Assembly (NCBI RefSeq): GCF_009914755.1
Contig: NC_060934.1
Source: the human T2T-CHM13v2.0 reference genome, Homo sapiens
Reading direction: 5' to 3' (one strand)
Length of the DNA: 64,000 nt
Shown: piece after piece, positions 50,891 to 64,000 of the stretch
Numbering within the stretch: position 1 is the stretch's first letter
Layout: every line of letters starts with the position of its first letter
Notes under the pieces: model-generated
Databases searched by the model: none
Told to the model about the DNA's origin: nothing
What the model saw: the letters and a program-made list of their open reading frames with translations, nothing else
Translations under genes and position numbers: made by a program

Positions 50891-51500
50891 AAGAGTAAAT
50901 ATGTATGTTTACTTATAAAATATTCTTGTGAATATTTAAAACAAATTATTATTAATCAACCTCACTTTGAATGCCCAAAGGCATGAGGTTGACAGGGGCT
51001 AGGCTTTTTAAACAGCAATTAGTTATAGGCGATGTGTCAGAGCTGAGTCTATTTCAGGAGAAGCTGCCTCCGTCTTATATGGTCCCAGTGGCCAGGGATT
51101 ACAAAAGCCCCAAGCAGCAAATCGATGACTAACCAGTTAACTGCACTTATAATTCCCCCATCCAAACTTATCAGATCAGTACATCAGGAAAAGAAGTCAA
51201 TATCCCTGCTTAATTTCTTAAAAACAAAGAAATGGCAACTTCTCAAGAAAGCCATCAGCTGTCCTTAAGTCTCCAAAGAATTAGAAAGTCAACATTTCCA
51301 CTTTATAGTAATGTTCAAGTGATGTGAACATTTTATGTAGTGGTAAGAGTGACAGCCAGGTGGAGAAGTGGAGGCTCAAAAGAAGTTTGCTGCCACCATG
51401 TAAATGTTCTGGAGGTGAAGCAGAGCTGGGCTAGGCCTGGAGCCTGAGCCAGGACCCCAGGGAGGGTGCTAGCCCTGCCAGAGTGACACAGAAGCCTTAC

Positions 51501-51647
51501 CGATAATGATTGTATTCATCTTGCTCTGCTCCTTTGCAGAGCTGGCCTGCAGTCCTTGATGGATCTGGTGTGCGGCCAGGTCAAAGAGGTCCAGATAATC
51601 TTCCACGGGATAGCGGTCTCGCAGCCCATCTCTTAGGCGGACGATTC
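51501..51647 (-). CDS. CHST15: CHST15 exon 4 (147 bp)
   Basis: Acceptor ttctcatag|GA; (G)IVRLRDGLRDRYPVEDYLDLFDLAAHQIHQG...NTIII; donor G|GTAAGG; phase 1-1. Confidence 0.96.
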
Positions 51648-53051
51648 CTATGAGAACCAAGAAGCAGGAGATACTGAGGACAAAGTTGCTACTGCTGGAG
51701 CGATGGCCTCCCAGACAGCAACCAAAGAGAGATGGAAAGGCCTAAAGGGCCTGGCGACAGCAGCAAGAGGCTCAGCCCAGGTAAGCTTCAGAAAGGGCTG
51801 CTGGGGATGGGGGTGGGGGTCTATGCGGCCTGGCTACCCACTTCAATCCATGCATGCTTCAAGGGCTGGAAGATACCACCACTAAGCTAGACAGTGGCAG
51901 ATTAAAGGCTGGAACACCTACTCAAGAGCTAGAAACATGTCTGCTTGGAGGGACAAAGTCTGGGGCTGGTTAACTTGTGCACAGGTGGGACTCGTAAGTG
52001 GCTGGGCAGCGATGACACCCAGGATGCATGTGTTGTGTCAAACAGGGAGAGAGGACCGAGGGCTGCCCACAGGAGAGAGAAGGGCAGTATCCTATAAACT
52101 CCATGATGCCTTCCTCATGGGGCCCAGCCAGCACCTGCCTGATGTTCTCTCTCCTCCCCCTGTTCAATCAAATACCCTGCCCTTTGTCCAAACAGTACGG
52201 GGAACTGATCATACTCTAGACAGACATGGATTCTGGCATCGGCCACATACAGCTTAAATTCACCCCCTGCCTGAAAAATAAATAAATTTCACTTGCAAAC
52301 ATTTAAAAATCCACTTCCCAACACCACAACTCCTGAAGTCAATGGAAATTGGAAAGAGAACATCCGTGGCCAAAGTAACAAGAGGTTCAAGGTGACATTG
52401 AAGACTAGATTCCAGAGGCCCGCCTCTGTTCTTCCTCCTTTCCTGCCGGTAGAAAGCTGGTTTTCATTAAGGGGAAATCACTGTGAGCCTCGGGGGAGCA
52501 CCCTACAGCAAGGGAGTGTGTTCAGACACGTCCAGCAAATGCATAGGGATGTGAAACCCTGGCTCCTACAGCGGCGGCTGCTAAACCACAAAAGAAACAT
52601 TTACACTTTAGCTCACTGTAGGACGAACATCAAAAGGATGAAAGCAAACGTTTGTCAGGAAACACATTAAGAGTTGGTCTAGGGAAAACTTTGAAGATTC
52701 CCTTCTAGTCAACCTGAGTCCATTACTGGAAAACACCCTCGTGGCCTGCCAGGACTCTGGTTGACAATAGGCACGTATCACCCCTCAGCTCCAGTGACCA
52801 AACCTCTCCTGGCACAAGGAAAAGGTTACAGAGAGGAAACAGTGATCTGAGGACCGCAGGGTGCATGGGGTTAAGCTGGAGCAGAGAGGGATGGGCAGTG
52901 GTCATGGTAAGCCTGCGGCAAAGGGCTGAGAGCAAGGCCTCCAGAATGATCTCCATGTGGTTATCATATGGAACCCATAAGGCAGACGGGGCAGGTCAGA
53001 GAAGCTGAGGCCTGAAGCAACTCAGTCTCCCCCAGGTGCAGTGACTGCAGC

Positions 53052-53440
53052 TGGAACAGCACATAGCTGAGAACAGCACAGAGCAGAGGAACAGCACAGA
53101 GCAGGGGAACAGCACAGAGCAGGGGAACAGCACAGAGCAGGGGAACAGCACAGAGCAGGGAGCAGCACAGAGCAGGGAGCAGCACAGAGCAGAGGAACAG
53201 CACAGAGCAGGGAGCAGGACAGAGCAGGGAGCAGCACAGAGCCAAGGAACAGCACAGAGCAGGGGAACAACACAGAGCAGGGAGCGGCACAGAGCAGGGA
53301 ACGGCACAGAGCAGAGGAACGGCACAGAGCAGAGGACCGGCACAGAGCAGGAAACAGCACAGAGCTTGGGAGCGGCACAGAGCTTGGGAGCGGCACAGAG
53401 CTGGGAGCGGCACAGAGCAGGGAATAGCACAGAGCTGGGA
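53052..53440. repeat. 16/17-bp minisatellite, about 23 copies, CHST15 intron 3
   Basis: Unit (g)ggaacagcacagagcag. Confidence 0.95.
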
Positions 53441-53779
53441 GCCAAGAGCCCGGATCACGCCCTTCTTGCTGGCCCTTACTGGCCACTGGCACTTACTGCT
53501 GACTGCTCGGGTCATGTGCCCGGGCTTTCGGAACAAGAAGAGCTGCCAGTTCTGACTCGTCCCCGTGTCCTGCACACAGCTGGCAATCAATGCTCACTGC
53601 ATGGCTGGGAACCGAGTTCCAGACCCTGCTGGGTCTTTGCCTGGGAACAGCCTCCTAACAAGGGAATTGTGCCATCTCTTTCTGCCGCCCTCGCCCCCCA
53701 ACCCCAGCGCTAACGTTGCGGGAGGAATGAACGAATGAAGGAACGAGACCAGACAGGAGCCCTGGGACCCAGCACTCAC

Positions 53780-54119
53780 CAAAGCGCTTCCGGGTCCACC
53801 AGTGTGGCTCCTTGATGGCGGAGAACTTGACCTCAGGGTGCAGCCGCAGGCGGTCATAGAGGTCTGTGGTCCCGCACTTGGGCTGCCCTATGATGTAGAA
53901 GTGCGGCAGGCAGCGCAGGCGGAAGTGCTTCCCGTGCGCGTGCGCCAGGTGGCCCCAGAAGGCCTTGCGCAGGGCGTCGAAGGTGGAGCGGAAGCGCTTG
54001 GAGTAGAGCACGTAGGAGTTGGTGAGGTAGGGGTCGGTGGTGTTCTGCCCCGAGAACTCCTCGTACCAACAGGGGCTCTTACTGTTTGGAAGGAATTTGT
54101 TGGGGATGACTGAAAACAT
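53780..54119 (-). CDS. CHST15: CHST15 exon 3 (340 bp), includes the 5'-PSB loop
   Basis: Acceptor tttccttgcag|ATG; MFSVIPNK...YIIGQPKCGTTDLYDRL...KEPHWWTRKRF; donor G|GTGAGT; CpG-rich. Confidence 0.97.
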
Positions 54120-54871
54120 CTGCAAGGAAACAGAGGAGGAGAGACACAGAGGAGGGGAAAATGAGCAAAGACACAATCTAACCGCAATGGGAACCTGCCC
54201 TGAGACTGACGACCGTGTTCAAATTTGAACTAATATTTGACAATGATTAACAAATAAAGCAAAACTTGGTAGACGGTCAATGACTGTGCTTTCCTCTCCC
54301 CCGCCGCCCCACAAAAAAAAAAACAAAAAACAAAAAAAAAAAAAAAAAACTTGGAGAGAATAAAGATAAAAGTTTAATTAAAATCCATTCTACCATAATT
54401 TACCTTTCTGACACTTACACAACACACACGCACACACGGTAATTAAGCAGAATCTTTTTACTAGTTGTATATTTAAATTGCCGTTAGAGATTAAAATGTA
54501 GAATAGAAGCAGAAAATCAAATTTAACGCAACTTTAAAATCCCAAATGATGGTGATCTGCAAAAGCAACTGTTAACTACCACGACCACATATCAAGCAAG
54601 AAGTCCTGGAATGCAATAATGAGAGCCAGCGGCCCTTGAACATGCCTAGCCCAGCGTTCAGGACAGCAGATTCCCTTCCTGGCACTCCATAGCGTAAGCA
54701 AACAGCACTCTCTCAGTGCATTCAAATCCATAAGGCTGTCAAATGATCCTTGCTACATCTAAGACATTTTTTAGTCATTTTCCTTCTGTGTTCCCAAAGA
54801 TGGTGATAGAAAGAAAAGCACTCATTTCTAAAAATCAACCAATCAGTCAAGATTAGCACAAAGCTACTCAC

Positions 54872-55417
54872 ATGCAACTCCTGCTTCTTAAGGTCTTCTA
54901 AGTCTGGGAGCTGTCTGGTCGTGAACTCAATCCTAGTTGTGATGCTGTTGATAATTAATTTAATGCTTGGATAGTCCTTCATGTATGAAATATTATTTAC
55001 AGAGGATTGGTGGTGATGCTCCTTTGTGTCACTTGGGTTTTCGCTGTCCATCAAGCTGGGGTTGCTGGGGAAGCCTCCGTAATGGAAAGGTGATGAGATC
55101 AGAAGCTCTTGGTGGGCCCCAGAAAGGATGTAAGAAGCCATTACCAAGGTCATTATTATCAGTCCAAAAACGAGGCTACATCGCTTCCCCTTTTTGAAGC
55201 GCAAAAACCCACCCCAGTTTTCGTTCCCTTCAGTCCTCACTTCGAGAACAGCAAGCAAGTTCATCTGCTTACTGTCCACACGAAACAGAATTTTGTTTTC
55301 TCCTTTGCACGTGGGGCACGCCTGGTGACCGTGATGGGGGCCCCCTTGGCAGTTGACCTGCTGCTTGTGTGCGCCGTCGGGTAACAGCTGTATGCAGCAA
55401 TTAATGCAGTGCCTCAT
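54872..55417 (-). CDS. CHST15: CHST15 first coding exon (exon 2), aa 1-182: cytoplasmic tail, TM helix, stem
   Basis: ATG in ACTACCATGA context at 55417; MRHCINCCIQLLPDG...; hydrophobic CSLVFGLIIMTLVMASYILSG; ends KKQELH at donor GTGAGT (phase 0). Confidence 0.97.
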
Positions 55418-55929
55418 GGTAGTGCCAGTGCCCTGGGCTGCTGGCTTACCGAGCCATGGGTGGGCCCCCCACGAGTCTGGATGTCCGCAAGTCGTGCTAG
55501 AAAACCTTAAGAATGCCTTGTGATCACAGAAGATGGATGGAAAGCACAAATACAAAAATAAGCAGACACCACAGCACTAGAGAAAGAGGGTGCACATTCT
55601 TTGGTTCAGCTCCGAAAGAAAACAAAAGGAAGTGATGTCCCAGAGTCATGTTCTACAAGAGCCGCTGCAACCTCAGAGAAGGTCACAAGTTCGGGAGCAG
55701 CTCTGCCTGCCCTTCAGGTTTTTCCCATGGCACAAAAAAAGGTGGAAGAATTCTCACTGGGGAATGTGGAAACACACAGAAAATTAAAAGAAATCATGGT
55801 CTTCTCATTGATGGATGGATTGCCATGCCATCCACGGAGGCATCTGTGAAGATCTCCCCTTTTACATCCTGAGTACCTTTGGAATATTTCCTCTTTGTGG
55901 GGCGCAAACTTTAAAAAATGCCAGATTTC
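55418..55929 (-). other. CHST15: CHST15 5' UTR portion of exon 2 (512 nt)
   Basis: Polypyrimidine tract and acceptor cttcttgtctttctgtgtag|GAAATC at 55930/55929; contains 10 upstream ATGs. Confidence 0.8.
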
Positions 55930-58423
55930 CTACACAGAAAGACAAGAAGCTTTATTACATTGTGTGGTAATAGCAATAACCCAAAGCTCATCCTCCAAGG
56001 AGAGACAGATGCTCACTCTCTTTTCCACCTCTAAGTCCAGCCAAGCCAGCCTGGTTCTAAGCAAGTCATAGAAAATCGCGAGCATAAAGGAAGAGGTTTC
56101 AGGTTCTTGCAGCTGGCTTTGGGGCTCAATTTCTGCCACCAAACATGGCCCCAATCCCAGCACCACCAGCGCCACATCAAACGTCTCACATTGTGCATAG
56201 TCTACATCTCCCCTAATCCCTCTGCCTTGATACTTCTCAGGTACAGGATCTCTGAATCCCAGGATGTTGTGATCATTCTCAGAGTCATGCACAGTCAATG
56301 ACTACAAATTTGAGGGATGGATTGAAATATCAGTGCTTTTCAGTCAATGAAAAATCTCAAGAATACTAAGGAGGATGGTTAGAAAGGGAGCAGGCAGAGA
56401 AAATGTGTTTTTTCCCTCTCACTGGCATCAGCAGTCTCTTTCTTAGAGTTAACCTTTATTATCAGATTAGGAAGCAAAAGTTAATGAAAATTTAGAAACA
56501 ATGAAATGAGTCTCTCCTTCAGTAGAATGTATCATATTAAAAAACTACTTGACTTTAAGTTATTAAGCAATTAAATCCAATGTATAGGATTCCCTCGAGT
56601 GACACAGAGCTTCAGAACCTGACATAATTTTTCACTTTCATCATCTCGAGCAAGATATGATTCTTAAAAACCCATTAATAGAATCCTGTGGTTATAAAAT
56701 ATATTGTTGCCCAAATGACACTTCTTTGTAGATGTCGTAGAAAGAGCCATGGATAAGCATAAAAGGAGACCTACTCAGTTTCTAGCAGTGGTAGATCACC
56801 ACTAATTGGCTGTGTGACCCTGAGCAAGCCACATAACCTCTCTGAGCTTTGGTTTCCTCAATAGTAAAATTAGGATAATAAGGACACCTTAACAGGTGCT
56901 AAATTAGCTACTACATGTAAACAGTTTGAATAATGCCTGCCACATATTTAGCATACCATAAAAGGTAGACAGCATTGATAATAATAGCATCATCAACTAT
57001 TATGATGATGATTTTTCATTGTCAGTGAATGCCAAAAACATTTGAAATGGAATCAAAGATGAGAGATCCTATACCACATGATTATTCTTTAGCAATTGAA
57101 AATTACCCAAGAGTGGTAGACTCATCTCCAACTCTACCCACGCCACCCCTCAAACAACCCTCACTGTCTCCATAGAGGCAGCATTAACTAACCGCGCATC
57201 AAGATCGCCATGTACTGGCTGAAGGATTAAACAATCAGAACTCAACAGAAGAAATGTTCATGCCCCTTGGACTGAAAACTTCATGTTTTCTCAAAATATG
57301 GTGGCCAAGAAATAGCCAAGCTGTGTTTCCCAAAATGTCTTCCTCCCACAAAATGTTCTGCTTGCCGTTGGTGAGTGTTCTGTGCTTAAATTATTTGGAG
57401 AAAATGTGGAATGGACAAAATTACACAGAATTCTTTACAGCTGAACTTTTCAGGGCCTTTGATATGCTAATAAGCCCTGTGAATCCACAAGAGAGGAATA
57501 TAATACACAAAGTTGGAAGTACCTAATTGGCCAAGGAATCTCACTAGGGTATCAAGGAGCCAGTTTGAGAAAGGCTGGTCAGTAGAGGCTGAGACCTGAG
57601 TCCTGCAGAGGCGCTGGGGCGGGGATGCAGAAGGGGCCAGTTCTGGGAAGCCAGGCCAGACATCTCAGGCCCTACCCCCATCTCTTATCCCTGAGGGCAG
57701 CTGGAGGGACATGTCAGAAACCTCAAGGATCAACCTCTGCTTCAAACTTGCTCAACCACCCCTGACCCATCGCTTGCTACAAACAATTCTTCCAAACTAA
57801 AGAAACAAAAGGGCAAGATCCCCTACTTGGAAACTCCATCATTAAAGCCAAGAAAACATTTTTTCACATGTCCAAGACAGGGCCAAGCCGGGGTTAAAAA
57901 TGAGACTCCAACCAGCAGCTCAGCGGGGAGGGAATTCGCACCCTCCTGTCTTTCTGCTGCAGAAAATCGAATTAGATTCTTTAAAAAGCAAACAAAACAC
58001 GGACTTTGAAGCTCCAAGATAGGAATGTACATAATCTGGACCCAAACGAATGGGCAAAACATTCCTAAACAAGGGCAGGGGCAGCTCATTTCAAGCAAAG
58101 TAAAAACATGAGCAGCCGACAGTCTCAACAGAGAGGAGGGAAGATGGGGTGCCCGGACCGGGTCCACAGAGCATGTCTGCGGGGCAGCTGCCCCCACCAA
58201 CCAGCCCGGCCTCTGCGAGTCCCGCTTCCTAAACAGAAAGACCTGAGGAGGCAATTCGAGATGCTGCAAGAGCCTTAGCAAAACACTCAGATACAGTGTT
58301 TTCTCAGCTCCTAGCATTCTTTCATTCATTCATTCATTTGTTCAACAAATACCTTTTGAAGAACAGCTGAGTGTTGCGCATGTCCAGGTAGGGGGAGACC
58401 AAAAGCCAATACAAGATGAGGGA

Positions 58424-59225
58424 TGTGATGTGGAAATAAGAGATGAGTATTTGGTCTCTATCCTCGGGTACTGGTACACAGGTGCTAAAATCCTTGGAAT
58501 TTTTCTGAATGATGGGGTGAGAGAAGCACCTTTCGTCATTCATGACAAGCCCCTTTCAGCCATACCTGAGTGTATCCTGATGCGGTGACACTTTGCGGGC
58601 CAGGATAGCTCCAGGATGGAGGCTGGTCACCAGAAAGACCAAGCCTCAGTGAGCAGCTTTCAACAAACCCCCCAAACTCCGGGTAGGGAATAAGGGCTGC
58701 AGATTAAGTCAATCACCAGTGGCTGATGATTTAACCAATCAGGCCTTTGTAATGGAACCGCCATCAAAACCCTTAAACCACAGGGCTCAGGCAGCTTCCA
58801 GGTTGGTGGATCCTTCGAGGTGCTGGGAGGGTGGAGTGGAGGAAGAGGGCATGGAAGCTCCACACACCCTCCTCCACCATACCTCGCCCCATGCGTCTCA
58901 TCTGCTGGCTGTTTCTGCATTCTATGCTATAATAGACTGATGATGAGTCAAGCACTCTCCTGAGTTCTGTGAGTCATTCTAGTGAATTACTGAACCTGAG
59001 GAGGTTGTGGGACACTCTTGCCTTTTTAGCCAATTTGGACAGATGTGCGGGTAACCTGGGGACCCAATACTTGGGACTGGCATCTGAAGTGGGGCAGTCT
59101 GGTGAGACCGAGCCCTCAAACCGGTAGAGTCTGAGGCTGCCTCTGGTAGGGGCAGACTTGAATTGAATGGTAAGATAATCAGTTAGGTTCTGGAGTTGGA
59201 GGATTTGCTGGTGTTGGAAAATACC
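58424..59225 (+). mobile_element. MER21C-like ERVL LTR
   Basis: ctaaaatccttggaattt...aagcccctttcagccatacctgag...ggctggtcaccagaaagaccaag...ctggcatctgaagtggggcagtct. Confidence 0.75.
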
Positions 59226-59649
59226 CCTGGGCTGCGGTGGGCGTGGGGGTGGGGGCCTCTCTGAGAAAAAAACATAAAACTGTCTTACATTTACAAGTTT
59301 TTACCAAAATCGATAGCCACTGTATAGTATGTCAAATACTCAGTAAGATGGACAAGCAATCTGAAGACCAGGTGAGTCCCTTGTAAGTGAAGGCCCTAGA
59401 GCCCGGCGGCTTCCAGACAAGACCTCCCCTGACGGGCGCGAGTGGTGCAGGGCTGACCCAGAGAGGAGGCCTGTTCCCAAGTGGAGCTTCTGTCCCACCA
59501 GGGGTAGGGGCTGCAGGGCACAAGCTATAAAGAAGTCCCAAATGAATAAGATAATCACAGATGCTGCTAGATAAAGGCTATGCAGAAAAGAATAAAGAAA
59601 AGGGGGAGAGAGCAATACAACCATTGGAACAGGGTTTTGGAATTCTTTG

Positions 59650-59841
59650 TGCCGTCCTAGGGCTGGCCCATGCTTTGTTGTCAGGGCTGTCCCGCGCACA
59701 GTAGGATGCTTAGCAGCACCCTGGCCCCCACCCACTGGATGCCATAGCACCCCTTCCCCTGACATGTCACAACCAAAAATGTCTCCAGGCATTGTCAGTG
59801 CCCCCTGGGGTGCATAATCACCCCTGGGTTGGAGCTACTGC
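59650..59841. mobile_element. MER20 DNA transposon
   Basis: gggctgtcccgcgcacagtaggatgcttagcagcaccctggcc...acaaccaaaaatgtctccaggcattgtcagtgccccctgggg. Confidence 0.8.
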
Positions 59842-60086
59842 CTTAAAGAAGTGGGAGGTATGATACACAGGGTGACAGGGAAGACCTGATTTCAGAGGGG
59901 ACGTTGGAGGAGAAACCTGAACAAGAAGGAAGCCAGTCACGTGGAGACCAGGGGAAGCAAAGGCCCCGTAGAGAGACGCTGTGGGGAGTCCCAGCCCATG
60001 AGGGCTACTGGCAGGGTAGGCCCTGGGGCACAGGCTGGTGGGGGTGGAAACCTGATGGGAGAGGAGGCAGGGACCAGGCTCTGTAG

Positions 60087-60448
<362 letters not shown>

Positions 60449-61958
60449 TCAAAAGAATTTTTACTATGTATAGTAAATATACATAGTAAAATATGTATAG
60501 AATAGTTTACTATGTATAACTATTAAAGAACATAACTCAGGGAAGAAAAATCCAATTAACGGGGTGGTATTGAAAGGAAAATGGATTGCTGTTACGTTCT
60601 GTATCTGGCCTTTTCCGTAGGCCACAAATTATCCCAAGAACAGTCATTCAGAAACCTAACACTCAAGTGGTTCTTCCTTCAGAAAGGAGTCATGTATGCC
60701 CCCTGCACTTCACCTGTCTGGAATGTCCACATTTGGTGCCGGTCGACTCAGACAAGACGGGGCCCTTGGCACTTCCGTTCATGTATTAAACCAAAGGATT
60801 CAGGTATACATTTCAGTGAGATTGCTTCCCACCTGGGCTCAATTCTGAGCCTGATGGCTGCAGACCATCACTGTGGGAACCTGGCACCAGGAGAGAAATC
60901 AGATAACGGGTCCCAAAATAGAAAGTGTTCAATTACCCAGCCCTTGCTTGGACACCCCCTATTAACCTATGCACCCAAGCATCATTAGCAAGCCATTTAT
61001 AACAAAATTGTAATTGAGAGACCCAGAAATACCACTTTAGATTAAGTAATTGAATGCCCCCTCAGTGTAAGATCGATAAAGGGCATCCAATTTCACCCTA
61101 GGAAAAACTTATTAAATTATTGTAGCTATAAGCTGATATAGCAGAAGAAAGATGTATGAAACTTCAGAAGAAATCTGGATGGATTTAAACAAATAGCTTC
61201 ATTTAGGTAGAACATTTACATTTGCCCTCTGGGGACAGAGAGGGAAAAAAATAGCTAATTACATTATTTTTCTTTTATGTTTTAAGGAAAAAAAATTCAA
61301 TGGGTCTTAATTAACCTTTACTAAAACACAAAGCCTTCTTCTGATTAGTATGTGTAACTGCTGACATTCCTCTCTAGGCTATATATATGGAAATATATTT
61401 TTTCAAGGACTATTCATCAACAAGTAGGAGAAGGAACATTTTTCACATGTAGCTCTAAGATAGAAGGTTGTTGCTGAGACTGAGAAGAAAGCCAACAAGA
61501 CTGAAGAGTTCTGTACAAATTATAAATCATCAGATTCAGTCTTCTATCTGGACTTCGACAGTTTTGATCACATCCCAGTCAATAAGCAGAATAAAGCCAC
61601 ACCACTCCGTCAACATTCACTGGCCCATAGCACAGCGGAGAGGACACAGCAGTCACATGGATTAGGATTCCAAGTCCATGTCCACCCAGCGGCCTTGGAC
61701 AAATCACTTAAGGTTTCTGGGCCTCTGTATTTTTCAAAAGAAGTCCCCGCTAGCAACAGATCACGTACAGCACTGGAGTTAAGAGCCCGAGTGCTGGAGC
61801 CAGGTTGCCCAGGTTTGATCTTGAACAAGATATTAAACGTCTCTTCTCCCCATTTCTTTGGATACGACTTAGGAATAATCACAGGACCTGTATCATGGCA
61901 GTGCTGTAAGCATTCAGTGAACTCATTCATGTAAGGTGCTTAAAAGAGTGTCTAGCCC

Positions 61959-62278
<320 letters not shown>

Positions 62279-62691
62279 TTAGCTGGTATTACAGATGCAC
62301 AGTCCTGGCCCACAATGGGAATTTGATAGTCATTTATTACTCTTTACCATAGATTGCATTATTGGTCTCAATTTTTTCTTCTTCCCATGTTCACATTCTT
62401 TGCCACTTTGGAGGGCCTTCAGCTACAGGAGTGACGTATTTCTCCACCCTTCGGTTTGAGTTGGGTGGCTCACTTTGGCCAGCAGAATGAGGCAGAAGTG
62501 GGCTTAAAGCTGGCACGTGCCAGGCCCTAAGACATGTCCTGTGTACTCATTTGTCCTCTTGCACACTTGCTTGGCCAGGAGGAGGGGGAGACAGGTGGAG
62601 CAGGGCCACCTGGCTGAGCCCACCCAGAGCAGCCAATACCCGCTGGATCCCAGCCAATTCCTAAAGACACCAGAGACATAATAAAGGGTTG

Positions 62692-62792
62692 ATTTTTCTT
62701 TTCTTTTTTTTTTTTCAAGACAGAGTCTCACTCTGTTGCTCAGGCTGGAGCGCAGTGGTGTGATCTCTACTCACTGCAACCTCTGCCTCCCA
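62692..62792 (-). mobile_element. Partial Alu right arm
   Basis: Poly-T followed by gacagagtctcactctgttgctcaggctggag...ctctgcctccc. Confidence 0.85.
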
Positions 62793-62850
62793 GAGGTTGG
62801 CTACCACCAGCAGCAGATAGGCCAATGTAATGATGGAAACTCAGAGGGGA

Positions 62851-63148
62851 GGCTGGGCGCAGTGGCTCACACCTGTCATCCCAGCACTAGGCAGGCGGAT
62901 GACTCAAGCCCAGGGTCATCTAGACCAGCTTGGGCAACATGGCAAAACCCTGTCTCCACAAAAAATACAAAAATTAGCTGGGTGTGGTGGTGCACACCTG
63001 TAGTCCCAGCTACTTGGAAGGCTGAGGTGGGAGGATTGCTTGAGCCTGGGGAGGTTGAGGCTACGGTGAGTTGTGATCACACCACTGCACTCCAGCCTGT
63101 GCAACAGAGTGAGACCCTCTCTCAAAAACCAACAAACAAACAAAAAGA
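62851..63148 (+). mobile_element. AluJ
   Basis: ggctgggcgcagtggctcac...; (aaac)n tail. Confidence 0.9.
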
Positions 63149-63814
63149 AACTCGGAAGGGAGCTGTTCCTGAATCAAGACACAATGGCTGAAACATCAGA
63201 AAATAACACACCAGGTTATTTTCTGACAAAATGTGTTTATGACAACCACAGCTGTTTTGTTTTAGTTATCCACTGCCCCACACTCCCCCACCTCCTGATG
63301 AAGAGGCCTTCCTCCTTGCCTCTTTTCAGTTACTAATTTCTTCCTTGCTTCCTTCCTCTCCCTGAGCAAGCCCTTCCTGTAATCTGATCCTTACGGTTTC
63401 CTTGCCAGATTTCATCCTTCCTGATGACTGGGACACATCACCCGTGCTTTGTCTAAAACAGGTATTCTCAAACCACAACCTGAGGGATCTTCCTGGCTGG
63501 CCCAAAATCTGTGCATACAAAACCCAGGCAGTTTTTTAAGCTTATTTTTAAAGCACACTTGACTCTCTGTTAAGTTCGTCATCAACATTGGTTTTGGTTA
63601 ATCACAACTACCTTACATGCATACAACGTACATTCAATGCTATTGTTTTAGTCCATAAGCCATATCCATAATAAACAGGCATTTCCCCAAGATCAGATCT
63701 CTACAATATGCAGCCAGCGCCTCCCCTGCGTCCTGAGCTCACTGATTCTCAACTTGGTAGAAAGATGGGATGTAGGAAAAATGGTTTCCAAGCAGTCGAA
63801 AATAAGACATTATG

Positions 63815-63985
63815 CCAGGCTTGGGAGTTGGGCAGACCTGCATTTCAACCCGAATCAAGTCTGTAACTGCTCTATGATCTCAGGCAACGAATTTAACCAT
63901 TCTGTGACTAGGTTTCCTCATCTGTAAAATGGGAATAAAATGATCTCAGTCTCCTACTGTGGATGTGAGGAAGAAATGAGGTCAC
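63815..63985 (+). mobile_element. MIR
   Basis: ggtttcctcatctgtaaaatgggaataa core. Confidence 0.7.
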
Positions 63986-64000
63986 ATACACAAAATGCTT

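Noticed and set aside
52964-53590. Cys-rich, keratin-associated/metallothionein-like ORFs in three frames
   Set aside because: Translation of the 16/17-bp minisatellite; open in all frames only because the unit lacks stops
54722-55555. 277-aa single-exon ORF as an independent protein
   Set aside because: It is CHST15 exon 2 plus 5' UTR frame and read-through past a strong GTGAGT donor

Overview
Human/primate genomic DNA (Alu, L1PA, MER/MLT repeats). Most of the window is the minus-strand gene CHST15 (GalNAc4S-6ST, chondroitin sulfate E sulfotransferase). Seven coding exons with GT-AG boundaries join in frame to 1686 nt (561 aa plus stop): 55417-54872, 54119-53780, 51647-51501, 47871-47715, 30614-30458, 21682-21535 and 19541-19351. 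A 3' UTR of about 2.4 kb follows. The first non-coding exon and promoter were not found and probably lie beyond the right edge. At the left end is a CpG-rich processed pseudogene of YBX2, nested with an Alu and a 5'-truncated L1. The rest is intronic or intergenic repeat sequence with four minisatellites. No convincing novel protein-coding system is visible, and most ORF-track entries are repeat or GC artefacts. The most interesting observations are: (i) three retrotransposition events stacked at one ~30-bp target, with readable TSDs; (ii) AT->GC-biased divergence and a premature poly(A) tail in the YBX2 retrocopy; (iii) an alternative CHST15 last exon with a coding poly-C tract and an LTR-donated poly(A) signal; (iv) an Alu-flanked exon 2-5 back-splice that would encode a truncated 402-aa enzyme; (v) an inverted copy of a minisatellite; (vi) a mosaic local duplication; and (vii) a full-length CTCF site and a multimerised PBX/PKNOX + GC-box repeat. 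Repeat subfamily names are from recognition by eye and need RepeatMasker confirmation.
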